Positions 62,735 to 64,000 of a stretch of DNA of 64,000 nt are shown here, piece after piece. The stretch comes from Macrostomum lignano. Taxonomy: Eukaryota. The translations under genes and the position numbers were made by a program. The notes under the pieces were generated by a model. That model had not been told where the DNA came from. It saw nothing but the letters and a program-made list of their open reading frames with translations, and did not search any database. The stretch is from the NCBI GenBank assembly GCA_002269645.1, contig NIVC01000344.1, positions 186,001 through 250,000 of the forward strand, given 5' to 3'. Position 1 is the stretch's first letter. Each line of letters opens with the position of its first letter.

Positions 62735-62857
62735 AGCTGCGGCAGGCGATAGCAGACGTCGCCTGGCAAAGACTTCCGCAGAATTGCCTTCATCCTGGGG
62801 ATGCCTCGGCGAGTGTCTGCCTTACTGGCTGCTCGTGGTGGATACAAGCATTATTAA
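62735..62857 (+). pseudogene. Tc1 transposase C-terminal fragment
   Basis: LRQAIADVAWQRLPQ, then a frameshift to MPRRVSALLAARGGYKHY*, matching the Tc1 end consensus SMP.R..AVI.A.GG.T.Y*. Confidence 0.5.
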
Positions 62858-63228
62858 AAATTAAAATTCCCACTTCACAGTATTCAATTTCCTGTTGTCA
62901 TTCGTTTTCCTGAAACTGTCATTCTCAATCCTGTCAATTGAGCGATGTGCATTTTCTAGCAATTTGAAAATCATTATTCACATTTTTATGCAGAACAATA
63001 TATTACGTCAAGCATGGTGAGACTGTAGGGTCAGGGAAACGTACTATACTACGCTCGTATTACATTATCGAATTCCTATTTACAATAGCTCTTGACCATA
63101 AATGTGACTGCAAGCCTTTCTTCAGCAGCGCTGATGCAGAGAAAAGCAGTCGTTAGGCCTCTAAGACCCTAGCTGGCAATTCAATTAGAGGATTTTGTGG
63201 TGCCAAATAACGGTTGCTTTAAGGCAGC

Positions 63229-63633
63229 TAGGGGTCGGCAAACTCTGGCCCTCGGCCACGTGCGGCCCGCAGAGCCTCTCTATCCGACCCTCGGGTCCTT
63301 TGAAACTTCACAATAGCAATTCGACCCGCTCTATGTTTGTGTCTCTTCTCAGCGCTCTTTTCTAATCTCCACTTTACTCTCAATTTCTCTCTCCTCTCTC
63401 GTCTCCATCGTCTCTCCTCACGTCTCCTCTCAATTCTCCTCATCTCCTCATCTTTCTCCTCTCTCCCCTCTCCTCTTCTCGCCACTTCAAGCTCCTTTAT
63501 TCTCTCGACTCTCCTTTCTTTTATCTCCCCTTCTCTCAGCTCCTAATTCCCTCTCCTCCCCCCTCCTCCGGCCCGCAGCCATTCTTAAGATTCTCTATCT
63601 GGCCCTTCAGGTAAAAAAGTTTGCCGATCCATG
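63229..63633 (+). mobile_element. hAT (Charlie-like) MITE with a short CT-rich core
   Basis: Ends TAGGGGTCGGCAAACT and AGTTTGCCGATCCATG, with internal GGCCC motifs. No matching TSD. Confidence 0.6.
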
Positions 63634-64000
63634 TTCTGAGGTGACGTTTAGCTAAGTGCGGAGGCTAAGTTTCGGCAGATGCTGCAGCACATCCTGATCT
63701 GCTTGCTGGAGATCATTTTGTTTAGTTGAACCTTGGGCTTTAGGAGCAATATTGTGTGCTTTCTGAGTTTCCTGATTTCTGTTGATATTAAAAGCTTCGT
63801 TATATAATATTATGTGTGCAACGTTACAGCATTAAAAGGCCTAACTAAATTAAACCAAACAATTCACTCTAAAAGCGTTAAATTGTTGCTCCAACCGTTA
63901 AATTAATCGTCACGTCATCTATGGCCAAATTTGGTAGCAGTCAGCTGCGAGCTGCAGCGGCTGTGAGGTTTCTGTAAACTGGCGTTAATTGTTTGCTCGC

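Overview
Animal genomic DNA: GC-rich spliced exons in an AT-rich background that is very rich in simple repeats. It resembles Macrostomum-type flatworm DNA, but that assignment is inference. Manual exon assembly (GT-AG sites, phase-consistent) supports four host genes. (1) An even-skipped/Evx homeobox gene on the minus strand (3 exons, 323 aa). (2) An unrecognised two-exon 146-aa gene starting MGCTGSK, head-to-head with evx. (3) An 8-exon, 569-aa secreted protein with two F5/8 type C (discoidin) domains and an F-type-lectin-like domain that carries a duplicated polybasic insert. (4) A 3-exon rhodopsin-class peptide-receptor-like GPCR with degenerate DRY, D2.50 and NPxxY motifs. Mobile elements: an intact DD34D mariner, a Mag-type Gypsy element with identical LTRs and one frameshift, a 5'-truncated RTE LINE with TSD, a long-TIR Tc1/IS630 deletion derivative, hAT-like MITEs, and four P-element-like MITEs (50-698 bp) sharing CAAGGAC...GTCCTTG-like ends and 8-bp TSDs. 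About 20 micro/minisatellite arrays explain most long ORFs in the ORF track. No rRNA, tRNA or CRISPR was found. All coordinates were counted by hand and repeat edges are approximate.
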